Below are positions 61,109 through 64,000 of a stretch of DNA of 64,000 nucleotides, piece after piece. Within the stretch, counting starts at the first letter, position 1; each line of letters opens with the position of its first letter. The stretch is from IMG/VR virus record IMGVR_UViG_3300027255_000165; one strand, written 5' to 3'. The notes under the pieces are model-generated. The model was not told where the DNA came from. It did not search any database and worked only from the letters and a program-made list of their open reading frames with translations. The stretch is from a virus. Taxonomy: Duplodnaviria > Caudoviricetes. The translations under genes and the position numbers were made by a program.

Positions 61109-62959
61109 TTATCCTTTAGCGATCTTTGCAAGCTCTTTAGCAACGTTCTTTGCTTCAGCGCCTTTTAGACCACCTTCTGTTTGAACAAGATTGAATAGCT
61201 CGTCTTCTGACATTGATTGAAGTTCAGACTCAGAGTGCTTACCTTTCTTTAGATCAACTAGAGACACATAAAGTTCCATTGCCTTTTGCTCGTCCTTAGC
61301 TGCCTCTTCGACCTTGTAAGTCTTACCATCGAATTCAAACTCTTCTTCGCCAGCTTCTTTAGCCTTTCTTACTGCGTCACCGAAAGCATTGCCTTCTTCA
61401 ACTTCATCAGACTCGCGAACTGGAACAATACCTAGTTTGCTAGATGCTTTGCCAAGGTTGTTTTCAACTGCTTCAACGTTTTTAATGATATTCTGAATGG
61501 CCTTTCTCCAAGCTGCGTCGGTTGTTTCTTCAGCTAGATCATTTAGCTTTGCGTATAGATCTTCAATTAGACCGCCGACTTCGTCGTAAATATCTACTTC
61601 AGCTTCATATACTTTTGATTCTTTAATGTATTCTGCTAAGTCTTCGTCACACCATCCATAATCACAATCTGCTAATACAGTTTCAAGGTCTTTTCTCTTA
61701 CCTTGCATTAAGATAACTGGGTGACCACCTGCTGGACCGTCCATTTGCTTGTTAATAATTTTAACATTATTCTTCTTTAAGAATTTTAAGAAGTCTTTAT
61801 TGTCTGGATCCATTGCGTCCATTTCAACTTCTGCTTCGAATAATTGCTCATTCTCTTCATTGACTACTGCTTCAAAAGCTGGAACAAGATCTCTATCTCC
61901 ATAAAGGTCGATCATGTACCACTTGCCGTCTCTTTCGTCATAAAGGTATGCATATTCTGCACCATTAGCGTCAGCGTCGTTGATATACTTCTTCAAATTC
62001 TTAACTGAACCCTTAAGAGGTGTCATAGAGTTTTTATCGTTATAGAACTTAATCTTATTGATGTCAGCCTCTAGACCTGAATTATCTCCCTTTGTGATAA
62101 CTGCATCAACATCAGAACCAGATTTGTAACCTTTCTTAATAACTGGCAACATGTGTTCTGGGTAAGAATCGTAGTGAGTGTATACTGATGCAATCTCGCC
62201 TGACTTATAAATCTTACCGAATTGGCCTCTTGTACCTTCTTCAATGATTTGCTCTAGAGAGTTTAGGTTAACTGACTCGTTAAGATTGAATTTTGTGATA
62301 GCGTTAAGAAGCTTATCAGCCGCGTCATTTTCACCAATTTCTTTTAGGTAATCTACTGTGCCGTTAGCGATTGCATAACCGTCCCACTTAGCAGCGTTAG
62401 CGATGTCTGAATAAACTTGACCTTGGCCCTTTGCTCTCGATGCAGAACCGATTGCCTTTGACGTAACGATTTCTTGGTGAAAGTTAGCATCTTCCATTGC
62501 ATCAGCGTAAACCCTAGCGATTGCATTTAGTTCTTTAACGCCTGACTTTTTCCAAGCATTGACTACTGAACTACGCTCTCTTTTGCCTTCGTTAACTTCT
62601 TCGGTTTCCTTTGCTTCCTCTGTCTCAGATTCTTTCAAAGTGATTGGGTATTTCTTACCGTTCCATTCGAACTCTTTTTTACCCTCTCTTTTTGCCTTTG
62701 AAGCAGCGAAAATGAAAGCTCTACCTTCAGCAATTCCAGCCTCTTCTTCGTTTAGATCGAATAGTTCGGCGGTGAAAGCCTCTAACTGATCTTCTGTAAG
62801 TTCAGAAGCTCTAGTTACGTTATATTTCTTCAGAAGCCCATTAAATGAAGCGGCCGCTTCACCTCTTGAAACTTCTTTTTGTTGGTTCTCGGCCTCTTCT
62901 CTAAGCTGTGTTTTTAGCGTAGAAAATGACTTGAAATTTTGAATACGTTCCATTTGCAA
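61109..62959 (-). CDS. multi-module internal head polyprotein
   Basis: Late promoter at 62996; acidic linkers with (I/L/V)xE sites separating repeated and distinct modules. Confidence 0.75.
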   Translation of the reverse strand: MQMERIQNFKSFSTLKTQLREEAENQQKEVSRGEAAASFNGLLKKYNVTRASELTEDQLEAFTAELFDLNEEEAGIAEGRAFIFAASKAKREGKKEFEWNGKKYPITLKESETEEAKETEEVNEGKRERSSVVNAWKKSGVKELNAIARVYADAMEDANFHQEIVTSKAIGSASRAKGQGQVYSDIANAAKWDGYAIANGTVDYLKEIGENDAADKLLNAITKFNLNESVNLNSLEQIIEEGTRGQFGKIYKSGEIASVYTHYDSYPEHMLPVIKKGYKSGSDVDAVITKGDNSGLEADINKIKFYNDKNSMTPLKGSVKNLKKYINDADANGAEYAYLYDERDGKWYMIDLYGDRDLVPAFEAVVNEENEQLFEAEVEMDAMDPDNKDFLKFLKKNNVKIINKQMDGPAGGHPVILMQGKRKDLETVLADCDYGWCDEDLAEYIKESKVYEAEVDIYDEVGGLIEDLYAKLNDLAEETTDAAWRKAIQNIIKNVEAVENNLGKASSKLGIVPVRESDEVEEGNAFGDAVRKAKEAGEEEFEFDGKTYKVEEAAKDEQKAMELYVSLVDLKKGKHSESELQSMSEDELFNLVQTEGGLKGAEAKNVAKELAKIAKG

Positions 62960-62994
62960 ATGATTATGTATTTTTGTAGTATGTTATCTTAAGA

Positions 62995-64000
62995 CTATAT
63001 ATCACCCTCAAAGGTTACCCTTTTAATTTCATATCTAAACTTTTCTTGTCTATAGATCTTTTGGCGGGCAATACCGTGTTTATATAGGTAGTTGTGATGG
63101 CCTTCGTATGTAATATCGTCAACGAAGTCAATGATATTTACAGCATCCTTTGATTCATGTTGTCTAAGGCCACGACCAATTGACTGTCTAATAATGATCT
63201 CGGATTTGAAAGACTCGGTGAAAAAGATGTTGTGAATCTTTTTAATTGAGATACCTGTCGAGAACGTTCCATAAGACGCGACGATGATAATGTCATCACC
63301 TTGTTCCATCTTCTTTTTATATTCTTCTCTAATATCCTTATCAGTTCCTCCATCAACATAGTAGACTGCCTTGTTACTTCTTCTACGAAGTTCTTCGTAT
63401 AGTCTTTTACCGTGTTCAATTCTATGGAATAGCACAAGTGAGTTGTTTGGAATCTTAGCGATTACTTTACTAATAAAGTTTAATCTTCCAGGTGATTGTA
63501 TAATGTAGTTTTGTTCAAGCTGAAATACGTCTTTATTTTCGTATCTGTTTGTTGACAATTCCATAAACGCCTTACGTGCTGTTTCTGGTGCGTAATTCAT
63601 TTCAATTACTTTCACATTACACTTTGCAATATGACCTTCATCTTGTAAAAAAGCGGCCTTAACCTCAGTGATAAGAGGTCCAGTATGTGACATTAAGGTT
63701 AAACGATCTAGTGTGTTATCCTTTGGAATAGTACCTGATAAACCAAACCTATAGGTCGCGTTTTCACACTTCTGTAGAATGGTTTTGATTGAGGCTGATT
63801 TGGCCTTGTGCGTTTCATCGACAATCACACAATCAAACTGTTCAAAGAAGTCTTTTCCCTTTTTAACTAGCGATTGATATGTTCCTATAACAATGTTTCT
63901 AGAGTCTTTAATCTTTTGACCAGCATAAACTTGCTGAATCATCATTTGAATTCTATTCTCGTAATTGTATTCTCCAAAGTCCTCAGTTGCTTGAACAACC
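62995..64000 (-). CDS. uvsW: SF2 DNA helicase (UvsW-like), 5' end outside window
   Basis: IVDETH, GLSGT, ASYGTFSTGISI, QSIGRGLR; frame open to window end. Confidence 0.93.
   Translation of the reverse strand, partial: VVQATEDFGEYNYENRIQMMIQQVYAGQKIKDSRNIVIGTYQSLVKKGKDFFEQFDCVIVDETHKAKSASIKTILQKCENATYRFGLSGTIPKDNTLDRLTLMSHTGPLITEVKAAFLQDEGHIAKCNVKVIEMNYAPETARKAFMELSTNRYENKDVFQLEQNYIIQSPGRLNFISKVIAKIPNNSLVLFHRIEHGKRLYEELRRRSNKAVYYVDGGTDKDIREEYKKKMEQGDDIIIVASYGTFSTGISIKKIHNIFFTESFKSEIIIRQSIGRGLRQHESKDAVNIIDFVDDITYEGHHNYLYKHGIARQKIYRQEKFRYEIKRVTFEGDI

Noticed and set aside
127-63437. The many 60-240 aa plus-strand and alternate-frame ORFs in the track (for example 5976, 7005, 25151, 56298, and the 20833-21051 extension)
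   Set aside because: They are antisense shadows of long minus-strand genes, with low-complexity Ser/Phe-rich translations and no promoters or leaders
1-64000. CRISPR array, DGR, integrase/IS, homing endonuclease/intein insertions, or stop-codon reassignment
   Set aside because: No spaced direct repeats, reverse transcriptase or transposase seen; core genes (terL, nrdA/B, gp41, uvsX, gp23) are uninterrupted and of normal length under the standard code

Overview
A 64-kb segment of a large lytic T4-like (myovirus) phage genome, standard genetic code, with nearly all genes on the minus strand. The host is probably a Bacteroidota bacterium (inferred from no clear Shine-Dalgarno sites, boxA GTTCTTTGACAT and a small acidic lipoprotein). 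From left to right it holds: small hypothetical genes; a 7-tRNA cluster (Glu, Ala, Gly, Thr, Ser, Leu, Arg) interleaved with three unexplained structured non-coding segments, boxA sites and unlisted micro-ORFs; a KTSC protein and a double GT2 glycosyltransferase; a tail module (tape-measure-like protein, chaperone pair with a possible +1 frameshift, tube, sheath); terminase; neck; clamp loader and RNase H; a head module (major capsid, protease-scaffold fusion, portal, gp2, gp4); late sigma gp55; gp46/47, a gp33-like protein, helicase and UvsX; a family-B DNA polymerase split into two genes around clamp-nrdA-nrdB; dCTPase plus a T4 alpha-glucosyltransferase homologue; an MBD4-like glycosylase; ThyA; a ~10-kb cluster of proteins carrying a T4-like capsid-targeting signal, including a PD-(D/E)XK nuclease, two ligase-like nucleotidyltransferases and a HIGH-motif NTase; and a truncated UvsW. 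Three promoter classes can be read directly from the sequence. The best candidates for undescribed biology are the virion-cargo ligase/NTase/nuclease locus, the non-tRNA structured RNAs in the tRNA array, and the separated split polymerase with its DNA-glycosylation module. All protein family calls come from motif recognition by eye; no searches were run.
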